Positions 23,271-35,389 of a DNA stretch of 64,000 nucleotides are shown piece by piece. The notes beneath the pieces are model-generated. The model worked only from the letters and a program-made list of their open reading frames with translations, made no database searches and was not told the origin of the DNA. Numbering within the stretch: position 1 is the first letter of the stretch; every line of letters begins with the position of its first letter. This DNA is from Macrostomum lignano (Eukaryota), in assembly GCA_002269645.1 (NCBI GenBank), contig NIVC01003797.1, positions 12,332-76,331 on the forward strand. Reading direction: 5' to 3'. A program made the translations under genes and the position numbers.

Positions 23271-24344
23271 GGAATAGCACTATTGACGATGGCTGATAGA
23301 ATCGACGCAAACTGACAAGGAAATGAAGAGGTTAGAAAGAGTAAATTTTTAAAGATGGTCAATCAAATTTTATATAATCAATTGTATGTGCGCCATGCAG
23401 CTGATTTTATTTTCTTATTTCGGTTTCAATTTAACAAAATTAGCTCATTCAGGCAAGCCATTAGTCATGCAAAGTAATCTTTAAAAGCAAACACGGATGT
23501 AGACTCCAAACACAATCAATAAGGGAGCTGCGGACTGTAGGGGGACCAACTAAGCATAGATAAAATAAGGCAAATAACACCTTTATATAAAGCAGAAACT
23601 TGAAATATTTCTAGTTTAAAGCCGATAGATACGCAGATCGATAGAGTATACGCTGTGAAGCAGAGGCAACGACAAATTAATTAATAACAGCGAAATCGAT
23701 ATCAGTGCAAAACATAAAAAAGAAACAAAGGATTTTAATAATAGAAATATGTTAATGCCCGGGATCTGGGCACAGACTTCAAGGCAAGAAGGAGAGAGAG
23801 AGAGAAAAGAGTTCGTGTATAACCAGAACTCGCACTGCATTCGGTGGCTAGACTTCGGTGATTTGAGTAGTTTATGAATCATAAATATTGCATTTAGATA
23901 AACTGCAGAGTGCAAAACTCATACAGACCCATACTGATACTGATCAGATCATTTCAGGCATGATTGAATCCTTTATTTAATGAAACAAAATAAAAAATAT
24001 AAATATAAGCACTTCAAGCATGCAGATCTTAAAATACATATTTATATAGCAACTAAAAACAAGAGACTAGACGCGCCAAAAAAGTACAAAAAGATAAAAG
24101 TACACCAACAGGTGGAAATACCTATTAATTAAAAAATACTAGCTAGGTAAAATAATGTTTTTGTATGAACTTTATAAGATAATAAAAAGCATTAAGGATT
24201 GCCCATCTAAAATTGAAAACAGCATCGCTAAAAGGAAGTCCCTGTAACTAGGGAATCAGGACGACGGAAATCGGCACAAGGACGAATGTCCACAGTATTG
24301 GAACTTCAAACAGGGTAAACTATCAATAAGGGAATTAGGAATTA

Positions 24345-24545
24345 CTCAAAAGGGGAATCCCAAAAGGGAAATCCCAGAAGGGAAATCTTGAAAAGGGAAA
24401 TCCACAAAAGGGGAATCCCGAAAAGGTAAACCCCACAAAAGGGAATCTTTTAAAGGGTAAATTTCAAATAGGACAATCCCTCAAAAAGTCGATACCAAAG
24501 AGGGAATCCCAATAAGGGTGAATCCCAAATAGGGGAATCCCAAGA
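24345..24545. repeat. Degenerate AAAAGGGAATCCC repeat array
   Basis: About ten imperfect GGGAATCCC-like units. Confidence 0.75.
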
Positions 24546-24892
24546 ATGCAAAGGGAAACATTAAACAGGAGCATTTTCTTCGTTATAGACGAGCTATTAA
24601 TAGTAGTCCTTACACCATTTGTGCCATAAGCATGTCTACTAGTTAATTTAAAATAACTAAACTAGTCAAAAACGATTATTTCAAACTATAAAACCAATAA
24701 AAACAACAACAGGAATAAAACATCAAAAAGACCGGCTACTGCAGGGTGCAGGTTGTGCCAATTCTAATAAACTAAACAGAATATTTTTAGCTTCAAGCTG
24801 TGCAATAGCAGACGATAATACAACCGGTGCGAACACGCTATAAAATCCCGACAAAGCTGTTCCTCCCCCCCCCCTAGCAGACTGTCGATAGC

Positions 24893-25294
24893 TCAATACC
24901 CGGAATTGGTCAGAGCTTCCTTGATTTTGGAGGCGGCGAAGTTCACCCGCTGGCAGCCGGCCATGGAGGCCTGCTCGCCCTCTTCGGCCAGGTAGCCGCC
25001 AACAATGACGGCCTGGCCGGTGCGCATCGCTGACAGGCTGGACGGCCCGCTGCGAGCGTCAATCTCGCCGTCCTGCAAGCGCAAAGTCATAAACCGGCGG
25101 CCCTGGAAGCTGAAGGCGGAGAATTCGCCGGCGCTCGACTTGCCGGTGCCGGCGACCAGGGCCTGCACCTCAGCCTGGCTGGGGCTGCACTGGCCGGACT
25201 GGGCCCACACGGACCCGTCTAGGCCAAATATGGCGGCCGCATTGACGCCCGGATACTGCATCATGTTGTCTACCCACGGTTGCCAAGAGGACAT
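24893..25294 (-). CDS. Profilin, divergent, 133 aa, single coding exon (likely start MSSWQPWVDN at 25294)
   Basis: MSSWQPWVDN N-terminal helix, AAAIFGLDGSVWAQS, GRRFMTLR, MRTGQAVIVG and a C-terminal SGY match the profilin pattern. Confidence 0.9.
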   Translation of the reverse strand: MSSWQPWVDNMMQYPGVNAAAIFGLDGSVWAQSGQCSPSQAEVQALVAGTGKSSAGEFSAFSFQGRRFMTLRLQDGEIDARSGPSSLSAMRTGQAVIVGGYLAEEGEQASMAGCQRVNFAASKIKEALTNSGY

Positions 25295-26600
25295 GATGTT
25301 GGCTTTGGACCGGATTAGGGCATGCAATAAGCAATACTTTTAGCTACAGGAGCAGTTGATTTTTTTACAGGTGTTAAACCTGTATTTTTTAGATTTTCGA
25401 TGTTTTGCTAGGCGCCCTAAATTAACATTTGTCAACTTTTAAACAGCCTTCAATTTAAGTGGATATAATGTAGAGTCATAGATTCAGAGCATTGGATAGC
25501 ATCATTATTAGAGACAAAAGGGCTGTGTGCACCCCAGTAAACTTTAATTGACATTGAAACCAGCAAGAGACATGACTGCCCATTCTGCCAACTCCCTTGA
25601 GCAGGCACACAAGGATGCAGATGTGAACTCAATCAGATGCACAGGCGTACATACAAGAATATACATAGGGACCCTAAATTTATTTTTCATAAGGCAAATA
25701 CATTTCACTGTGCATTGGGATTGACCCTCAAAGGGCAATAATTGTACAAGCAGACCCAAGCTAGGATTCTAATTTAACCCTGAATATAAGGTTTAATTTA
25801 CCTATCAAGAGTAAATTTATTTAAATCAAAGTTAGTTTTTAAGTATATTTATAATTGTTAAAAATAGAATTAACCATTTAGTATTTACTTTAGTTCCATA
25901 AACTATTTGCAAAACTAAAGTAGTAACAATTCTATCTCAACCAATACCATTCATTATACACATGCAATTCTCAGAGATTATATTAGCTATACAACTTGGC
26001 TTGGAAATGTAAGTTACTTTTGCAACTTTCTAAAAGTGACTTTCTAAAAATATTTAAAATAGTTATAAATATACTATAAAGATTTTTCATCTTTTTCATC
26101 TTTTTTTTCATAAGATATTGCATGTCATATAGAGTTATATTGAGATGTCATTAATTTATATATATATATATATATAATATTGATTGATTGCAATATTCCA
26201 AAGAAATATAATATATTATATAAGATAAAAATAACTTAATAAAAATATAAATTTTGAGACATGTTTTGAGACAATAAAAGCTCAATAATATAGAGGTAAA
26301 GTTTGCAATTTAATATGATCAAATAGCTATTATAGAACCTAAACATTGATATGGGCTTTGGCCTTATGCATGATAGCATGATAATAAAAAATTGTTGTCT
26401 CTATAGCAAAGTTTATTAAATAAAAAATTAGTATTATATAAAGATGTATAGAACATATTATTTTTAATTATCATAAGTAAAATTTAAGTTATTATTTAAT
26501 TTATTATATATAATTTTATTATACTTTCAAAGATGCAATTTTTGAAAAAAAACATGTAATTTTAACACGTAACAAAGTCCTAAGAAGTCTAATACCATAT

Positions 26601-27384
26601 GGCTCATTCCATATAAGATAGACATATTTGGAAAATAGAAAAAAGTCAATATTTTTGCTTGCCATTGCCTAATTAGCCTATTTTTTACCAAATGTTTATA
26701 TTGTGCAATATATACAATCTAAGAATAAAGGAATGGTAAAATGTTGGATTAGTATGTTATCAATTGGCAAAAAGTCATTTTTGTAAAAATTTGGACATTT
26801 TTCGAAGCAAAAGACATCATTAAGATTTTGTACCTTTTAAAAACAAATAGAAAGCTTTTGAAGGTTGAAACAAACTATAGATAAAAGTATAGTACTTGCA
26901 TCATCAGATAAAAGCATTGGTGACCAAATAATCTATTATATTTTTAATGTATTAGTACCTCAAAGTTACTGAATTGACAGAAAAAATATGTTACGACCAT
27001 AATGTTACGACCATAAGGCTGCCTTTTCTTTTGTATCTTTGTTGACTTTTGAGTTTATATATTCTAATAAAAGAGTATGATTTCTAAAGATGTTTTTAGT
27101 CAAATTTTAAAAATGTATTGCAAAATATCAAAAATGAAAAATGTTATAAGACTTTTACCTTTTAGTTTCTATATGTCAAAAATCCTGTCGTTACGACCAT
27201 AAGTGTCATTTAAGGTTTAATAGCATCTATACTAATGATGATATCTATATGAAACTCTATAAATATATTCTAGACAAAATAATCTTTCATTTAAAATATT
27301 GGTTTAGTATATTCTATTATTAGATTTCATTTTATAAGTAAAAATAACCTGTCATGTTATGACCATGCTTATATGGAATGAGCC
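26601..27384. mobile_element. 784-bp MITE with perfect 17-bp TIRs, GG...CC termini and AT/ATAT flanks (ISL2EU/PIF-like or Sola-like; superfamily uncertain)
   Basis: GGCTCATTCCATATAAG at 26601-26617 and its reverse complement at 27368-27384. ATAT on both sides. Internal GTTACGACCATA motif about 4 times. Confidence 0.8.
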
Positions 27385-27421
27385 ATATACATAGCATACA
27401 TTAAGGAGTTAGTGAAAATTT

Positions 27422-28012
27422 TTGGCTTATGCTATCGACATAGATCTGGAAAAGTTGGGAAGAGAGACAGAGAGAGAGGAAGCGGAGTTTAGGGATGAAA
27501 TGGCTAGGTTTATGGAGGAGGTGCAACTACATGAAGAAGGGGTTAGTCCCATCAATGGACCAGAAGAACCAATTGAGTACCTACCCGCGCCTCAGCCAAA
27601 GGAAGGTCAGCCTAGGCCAACAGAAGATCTGAGTGGTAGCATCGACCACGGGACGTTTCTGAGGGCAGACACCAATGAGGCACAGCTCCCGGAAGACAAC
27701 CCAGTTGAGTCACAACTGAGCCCTTGCGAACGAGAGGCCAAATTCCATAGGTGCCGGCAGGCTCTAAAGCGAAAAATCCTACAGACAGGCAAGACTAGTC
27801 ACTTTGAACAGAACTTGCCGGACACCTGCGTCTTGTTTCTAAGTATGGCTACCAAGGAGGAATCGATCAAGTACCTTGAGATCGCTTGCAGTTATTGCCT
27901 GCAATATGCAGAAGGCAAGGCACAAGGACCAGTGAGCATGCGAGCCACCACCAAGCTACTGGAGTACCTGGCCAAACAATTCGACCCTTGTAGCGGACAC
28001 ATGTACTTTTGA
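27422..28012 (+). CDS. Orphan ORF, 196 aa, acidic N-terminal half; possibly a transposon-derived relic
   Basis: Open frame with non-repetitive composition, but it begins at TTG and I recognise no family. Confidence 0.3.
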   Translation: MAYAIDIDLEKLGRETEREEAEFRDEMARFMEEVQLHEEGVSPINGPEEPIEYLPAPQPKEGQPRPTEDLSGSIDHGTFLRADTNEAQLPEDNPVESQLSPCEREAKFHRCRQALKRKILQTGKTSHFEQNLPDTCVLFLSMATKEESIKYLEIACSYCLQYAEGKAQGPVSMRATTKLLEYLAKQFDPCSGHMYF

Positions 28013-29076
28013 CAGAGCCAGCCACTGCTGCTCAAACTGTCTATGGCCCAAATAAACTCGAGCCGTAAAAGACCCAGCCGCAGCACTTTATTAAAAGACA
28101 AGCGGTCTTCATCTCGCCGAACGCGAGCCGCTTCAGTGGTGAGCTCGACTATACTCAGCCGTAGCTGAGTATTTTAAGCTTTTTGCCTGCTGCCTCGTCA
28201 CAGTTTTTGCCACCAGGTTTTCCAAGTCCAGCCAAAGCCATCGGCCACCTCGATCCCTGCATCCGGCTCAGCGCTTCTGACTGGAGCCACATCAAAGTGA
28301 CCATGACTGATTCCTGGTCACTGCGGTTATGCAGTAGGTGAGCAGTGCACTCCGGGTAAGGGGCTCTCGCCTGCCAAAGTTTGCTTGCAATGCCCCACCC
28401 GACGCTGCGACGTCGATGCGGCTCACCTCGGCAACGCCTTGTCCTAGCAGCACAGGCGGACATGTTGGACGAAGCATCGGTGCACTTTTCTGCGCTGCAG
28501 GCCCTATCACGCTACCGACGGATCACCACAATGCATACGTACCAGCAGCATCATCATCAGCACAACCATCCACTGCTGCCGCTGCCCTCGGCCTCGAGGA
28601 TGCTGGTGCCTATGACCTCAACTGGCCCACAACGCCACCGGCCCACAGCTCGATCTATCAGCAGCGAAGTGCTCACACTTTTGGACAGTCCCTGAACACC
28701 CGCCATCGAGCCAGCCTCTGCACGCTTTCGATTTCTGTGCTACTAACAGTTTCACATTACCAATTTAGACGCCCCAACCCGGTCATCCACTGCCAGTGAC
28801 CCTTTTCTAACCCAGTCGTTTCCATTGCGTTAGTGGCAAAGTTGCAGCCGACCCAGCCATTTGCCACAGCAGCTGAGCTCCCAACTAGCACAATGCAAGA
28901 GCAACATAGTCTGGCTCTGGGGGGAGTTGTGTAGCGGACACATATACTTTTGACAGAGCCAGCCACTGCTGCTCAAACTGTCTATGGCCCAAATAAACTT
29001 GAGCCGTAAAAGACCCAGCTGCAGCACTTTATTAAAATACAAGCGGTCTTCATCTCGCCGAACACAAGCCGCTTCA
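27989..29076. repeat. 147-bp direct repeat pair (27989-28135 and 28930-29076)
   Basis: TGTAGCGGACACAT...GCCGCTTCA present twice with few substitutions. Confidence 0.9.
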
Positions 29077-30211
29077 CCCTAGCCGTAAAATGATACCCAT
29101 CAATGGGCTACTATATCTATCAACACAAAATATGAATAACCTATGTCCAGTGCATACTGATTAACAAACTCAGTAACAGCCTTTTATACATCTGATTTTC
29201 TTTTACCATCTTTTGGAGCAAAACATTGCTGCCTTAATATGCATTTTTTGTTAGTAGTGTTCTGTTAGTATATCCATTTAAGATCATTGTGCAACTATAA
29301 TACTGTTCATATTGTCTTTTCCTTTTTTCTCTTTTGCATGCGCCAAACATCTCACCTACCAAATGCAATCATGCACCATTGCTTCTCTTCTTTAATACAA
29401 GTAGTATGCGTATTACAAAATTCATTAGTACCCATAAACCTTATATCAATACAATCATTATGCCAACTCTATATTCATGCAACCATATTTAGCCAACTAT
29501 GCCATATCCAGCAGCTTGTCACAACTAATATTCTGATAAATAAATATGATTATCAATGTACAAAAGGGGGTTTTGAACATTTTTGTAGCAAGGGGGAGGT
29601 GTAATAAGGCATTATTTTAGGAATGGGAATTAGTTGTGGGGAAATATGCTTTTTGCCTACTATCAGTAGTTTTAACCTGGGGAAATAATTAGAGCAGGGG
29701 TAAATCACTATTTTGGGGGTTTCTTTAGAACTACAGAGCAGTTGGGCTCTTGGGAAAGTATCTCCTGTGTGTCTTGCATTGCAACATTTCTAATAACAAG
29801 GAATTTGGTAAGAAAAGGGAAATAAAAGGGGGAAAACTAAAACTAGGATTGCACAAGAGGAGTCTCACCTCTAAACTAATTGGAGTCTTGCCCAAGCACG
29901 TAGGAAACAATAGTTAAATGTAAATCAACCTTTTATACATTAGGCATTTTATTATTATCCGCTTATTATTAAAACTTGTGTTACTAGAAATCTCATTGGT
30001 GTCTTGACTCAATTCTTTAAATCTAAATACCAGAATTAGAGAAAGCAGGAACCTGGTGGCAATGAACTACCAAAATTTAAAACCAGTAAAATCCACTAGT
30101 AAAAAATCCTTAGCACAGAAACCAGTAGCCTAAATCGAAGGTACAATGCGTATTCCAAATGTATCACTATCAAACATAAGAGCCAATATGTGATATGGTT
30201 AACAGTAACAC

Positions 30212-32226
30212 GACGGATGGCCTGCATAGCAGGCCATGGAGCCTTTCCACTCAAAACGGTTCTTTATGCCGAGCAGTCTGTGGGTAAATTGATGTCAACT
30301 CAAGCTCGCTATTCCAGACTGCTAATTCTGCTGAGCCGAACGATTGACCATAGATATCTGTGTGGCACTGCAGTTAAGGACTGATGACCTGCATGGCAGG
30401 CCATCCGCTAATTCAGCAGAAGCAAAGACACGGTATTACGGTGTGGTTCAGATAATTTTATTTATGGAAGAGAACAAACCGTTATTAAAGTGAATATGTT
30501 TTACTTCTTACTCAATCTGACAAATAGCAAAAATAACCCGCGGTTTCAACAAGAAGAACTTTACAAATTTGTTAAAATACGAGTACGCCGAGGCTTCAAC
30601 AGAAATGAGTAGAAACGAGTAGAAACTTTCAGGAATTTACCACGTCAATTACTGAGAAGAAAACTGTTGATTAATAAGTTCAATGGGCCTAAGTACAGGG
30701 ATATAATTTATCATAACATCAAAATATAAAAGAGATTTATACACGAAAGCAATTGAATCCACATATAGAGTTAATTCAATTGTGCTATATTCGATTTATT
30801 TATTAATTTGCCAATGCATTTGTTCCACAATGGACATCTTCAGGGATTCATTAATACTCGTAATTTAATAGTCAGAAAACGATTCGGCACAATTGAATTT
30901 ATTTTATATGTTGATTCTCGCTTTCGTTTATCTACTTTTTTTCAAGCGAGCTACTTTACCTAAAAGCGATTTAAACAACAGATTATAGCAGAAATTTCAA
31001 CTCAATGTATCAAGTTTTTTAATGTGAGTTAGAATTAACAAAGGCAGAATTAGTTCTACGTGTGCCACTCACGAAAGCATTCACCAATGCACAGTCCGGG
31101 TGACCCTTGGCAGCTGGAGCAGACAAAGACTGTCTTTTTCTGAACACCATTTTGCCAGCAGACTCTGCATCTTTTGGCAGGTCTTTCTTGAGCTGCTGTC
31201 GCTGGGAGACGTTGAGCGTAGTGGCCATTGTTCTGCTGTGCCGGTTAATTCACAGGAGCAGCCCGTTTTCTGCCAGTACCAGAGTTGACCATCAGCTGAC
31301 GTGTGTGTGCGCAGAAATGAAAGAAATTTAGCGGACCCACCAGCCTTCGAATACAAAATCCAGCAATTGTGTACTCCCTGAAGTAGCAGGTGAAAACCTA
31401 GGCGGTGAAACCAACGGTAAGTCTTACGACAGGCCAAGTACGGCTGTAGAGAACCATCCAGCCTGTCCACTCCGCCCATGTTCTTGGAGTAAACAAAAGC
31501 TGTGCTGTCCTCCACTTTGCTTTTTATCAACAAGCTTCACAGCAAGCAGGCCCTCTTTTCGAGCAAATGCACATGAGTTGGCAGGAAGAGCCAGCTGCCG
31601 TAGACAGTCGGGGATCCCGCGATCTTGTTGAACTGTGCCCGTCAGAAATGTGGATTTAGACAGCAGGAACTCGGCCAGTCAAGCCGAAGTAAACCAGCTG
31701 TCCGTGAACAGGTGGTAGCCAAGGTTTAAAGTCTGGCTGCTCAACTCAACCACAATGCGCTTGCTGATAGAAAGGTGGTCACACTCCAGCCCTTGTCCAA
31801 ATTTCCTGTTTTCCGCATCTGTACTGTGGATTAAAAAGTTCCACATGTACCCTGTCTGGGATCACTTAGACAGTACATTTTGATGCCAAACTTGTTTCGC
31901 TTGCTTGCAGGTATGTACTGACGAAAAATCAGGCGTCCTTTGTACAGCACTAGCGATTCGTCAATGCAGATAACTTTAAAGTTATTCAACCTGTCAACGC
32001 AGTGACAACTCCAGTACAATTTTTCAGTCAGGAGCTGTGACACTGAGTACAAACACGCCCATAGACAATATCGTAGTTGCCTGCAGCCATGGCCTGCATA
32101 GCAGGCCATCCGTCTTTAAGTGAGGAGATCAGAAGGTTTACAAAACTTAGAAAATTTTCTATGGCCTGCTATGCAGGCCACCCGTTCGCAATTGAGATGA
32201 TATGTTTTCAATTCGTCAGGAAGAGG
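30212..32226 (-). mobile_element. Degenerate piggyBac element; transposase relic at ~32040-31056 (frameshifted, 5'-deleted)
   Basis: IDESLVLYKGRLIFRQYIPASKRNKFGIK, YSKNMGGVDRLDGSLQPY and the Cys-rich tail RCRVCWQNGVQKKTVFVCSSCQGSPGLCIGECFREWHT*. 28-bp inverted repeats at 30212-30239 and 32087-32114. One end GG|TTAA at 32226/32227; the other terminus was not found. Confidence 0.9.
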
Positions 32227-34429
32227 TTAAATTTAAAATTTATGTGATTTTTTATTTTCAAGTGGTAGTGAATATATTAAGATAATACTAAAATATAGAA
32301 TAGAAAATGCATTTTAGCATTGAATAAAATGAAATAAATTTATTTAAGTTATACAATATAAACACTTTGATAAATATGATAATCAAGAAATATTATAGTT
32401 TTTTGGTTTATATGCTGAGTGCAATCCATTTAAAATTAAGTTTTAAATAAAATATTTTATTGGACCCTATTTTCCCCTGCCCCCTAGTCTATGGACAAAC
32501 ATTATATACTTAAAATAACCCTCCCACATAGTATACAAGGAAAAAATTCTCATATACATTATTTAGGATCATGTAATATATGCTCAAAATTCTGTATTTA
32601 CATTGGCCTAGCATGGCAAAAGTTTGCTATGAGATCTTTTCTTAAGATTCTTAAAGTTGTAAGTAGAAAAATGTGAATAAGTTCATTTTTAAGCATAAAT
32701 TCAAGCCTTCTAGTTGTTTTAAACTTGTAAAAGTGCATTTTATCAAATCTTTATACTTATTAACTTTGTTATAAATTTTATAGCCAAACTCAAAGTTAAA
32801 TTATAAACCATAAATTTTTCTAACCCTAAATTAGTTTTAAGATATATTTGTTTTTTGTGCATTTATATTTCCACTGACTAGTATAGCACATTATTCATTT
32901 TTAGCTGGCATGCACTTGTAATTGTTCCATTTTTATTTAGGCATGCACCTAGCATGATCTAGACTATGGCATGGGGCTTATAGGACTATCCTTGGGACTA
33001 TGGTTATATAGAATATTATGAGGCTTATAAGTTGTAACTAAAATTATAATTTATTATACTACTATAGATATCAATGCTTTTTGGTACCGAGCATTTTGTA
33101 CCTTAGTTTGCTTTTGGTGCCTAAATTATAAATTAAAATTAAACACAAAATAGAAAATAAGCTTGCAAGTTAAATAATAAGTGCTTTGTAGTAGCTATCT
33201 TTACTTAAAATAGCTAAGGTATTACTTATTTTGTTAAGCTGACTTGCTATTTTAATTTTTTGCAAGTCTCATTTCTTTAAAAAAATTGTCTTAATTTCTT
33301 AAGAAATAAAATATGGGCATGTGACTCAAGAAATCAATATTTAAATAAGATTGTTAGATTTCATAATTTTGATCAAAACTAGGAAAATTAGGAAAATAGT
33401 TTTTTAATATAGAGTATTTATTACTATAGTCAGAAAGGTGTCTTATGTTCCAAAATTTTCTGGCATACATAGCCATTTATAACTCTTTGGTATGCACATG
33501 TGGGATGCTTGAATCTCAAAAAGTTGTGTTTGGCATACAAAAAGTAGTATATAAAGCTATTTGAAAAAAGGTGCAAGTTCTTAGTACAAGTTTTTGCATA
33601 AGGTGCAATTTAAAATTTTTATCTTCAACTTTCTGAAACAAAAAATATAACAATTTGAAGAAAAAGGCAGTGGCAGTTAAGAGGTGATTTAATTGTACAA
33701 ATAAAAAAAATAATTGAATAGGCCTATGTTAAAAAATTCTCAACTTTGCAGGCAGCAATGGATAACTTTAAATCCTATGCACTAACTTGCTTTAAACTAA
33801 AGATCATTGTCGCTAATTGTTACCAAGAACTTTTTGCTACACATAGGGAGGATGCACCTAACAAAGCAACAATCTATTGTTACTACAAGCAATTCCAAGA
33901 TCTTCCTACAGATGTCAGCAAGAGCAACTGAGCAAATGTGAAAATGACAATACTAGAGGTGATCGAGCTAATGCAAGAACTTGTGCAGGAAGACAGCAGG
34001 ACAAGTGTGCAAGACTAGCAAGAGTTAGCTAAACTAGTTAGAAATTGGTTAAGACAAGCATACAAAAATCCTCACCAAGAATCTTGGCCTGCAAAATATG
34101 GCAGCTGTCAAGGTGCCGCACCAGCTGAGCAAAGAACAAAAGGCTATTTGTGTGCAATGTGCAAGTAGAATTCACTCTATCTTCTACTAAGAAGGAATCT
34201 AGGCAATGATGGAAAAACTGATCATAGTTGATACAACCTGGATGCCATTCTATGACAGGTGCCAAAGCAGAATAATTGTTGCTAGTTGGCAATTGGTGAT
34301 CACTATCCTTATGTTGTGCAATAGCAAGTTAGTGCTTACAAGACAATTACAAAAGAAAGTGGAATTCATTCCAAACAAGCAATTTTCTATTATGCCACAG
34401 CCTTACATAAGACAATTGATAATAAGTGA

Positions 34430-34727
34430 CATACATGCGCAACAGTTGGCCAAGTCAGCCAATCTGGCCAACCAATTTAGCCACCAACCAAGGTAAGTTG
34501 CAAAAAATGCCCAGCCAAAAGAATAGACATAGTACTAATTAGATGACAAAGCATTTAGCCCTTATAAGAAAGTCATAGTTACTCCTGCCGTTTACCCAAA
34601 ATTGCATTAATTTTGCTTTAGGGTTTCTTTTATAGGTAAGTGACATTTTTGGCAAAAAACTACATTGCATTTTTTGTTAAAACAAAGTTGCACAGCTGAC
34701 TGAATTTTGGAGGTTGCGCATGTATAG
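34430..34727 (-). mobile_element. ~300-bp MITE-like element carrying a 28S rRNA fragment (copy 1)
   Basis: 13-bp TIR ATACATGCGCAAC (34431-34443) / GTTGCGCATGTAT (34713-34725). TAAGTGA repeated on both flanks. It is the reverse-complement homolog of 36079-36344. Confidence 0.75.
34534..34597 (-). pseudogene. 64-bp 28S rRNA fragment (helix 69-71 region)
   Basis: Reverse complement GGGTAAACGGCAGGAGTAACTATGACTTTCTTATAAGGGCTAAATGCTTTGTCATCTAATTAGT; 54/64 identical by hand to the conserved eukaryotic 28S sequence recalled from memory. Confidence 0.85.
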
Positions 34728-35389
34728 TAAGTGAATTGTCCAATTTGTGAAATGAACAAGCAATTTGTAGCACTGCTTGCATTTGAAGCTGATCTACCTG
34801 AATGAAGTTCTATGGCAATAGCACAATGCCCAACTGCATACAAGCAGGACTATATAAGACTAATTTGAATTTTTAAAAAGAGGAGCATTTGAACATTGCT
34901 TCAAAGTCCATATAGTCTAGCCTTGTGCAATCACTTTCTATTTAGCTATATAAAGAATGACCTATGCCATAGACAATTTGTTGACCAATCTAAGGTTGAG
35001 GTAGCCACATTATATTAGGCAAAGAGCCTAGACAAAAATGCACTTGCCATCAAAGTGCATAAGTTTCTAGAACATTGCAATGCTGTCATCAGTACTGGGA
35101 AATGCTATGTTATATTATAGACTGATGCAGTTTCACTATCAGTGAATCACTAGTTTTTTGGGCTATTTACTAAGTTACATGATTATCTAGACAACCAAAG
35201 TATAGGCCTATACTAGACACCTTTTTGACAATTGGATTTATTATATTGGTATTAGATTACTTTTTTATTAGGCCTTTTTATAATTTAAGTACTATAAACT
35301 AGGGTAACAAAAAGCAGAGGTACCAAAAAGTATAGATACCTATTAATTCTATTGGTTAGGTTAGGCCCAAGGTTGCAGATGGTATGCAT

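Larger units (their letters stand above)
33746..35120 (+). mobile_element. Degenerate mariner (Tc1/mariner) transposase relic, interrupted by an insertion at 34430-34727
   Basis: HTH-like CYQELFATHREDAPNKATIYCYYKQFQ, first-D motif KLIIVDTTWMPFYD, LWQ*HNAQLHTS (HDNARPH-like) and QSPYSLALCNHFLFSYIKNDL (YSPDLAPxD-like). Multiple stops. Confidence 0.85.
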
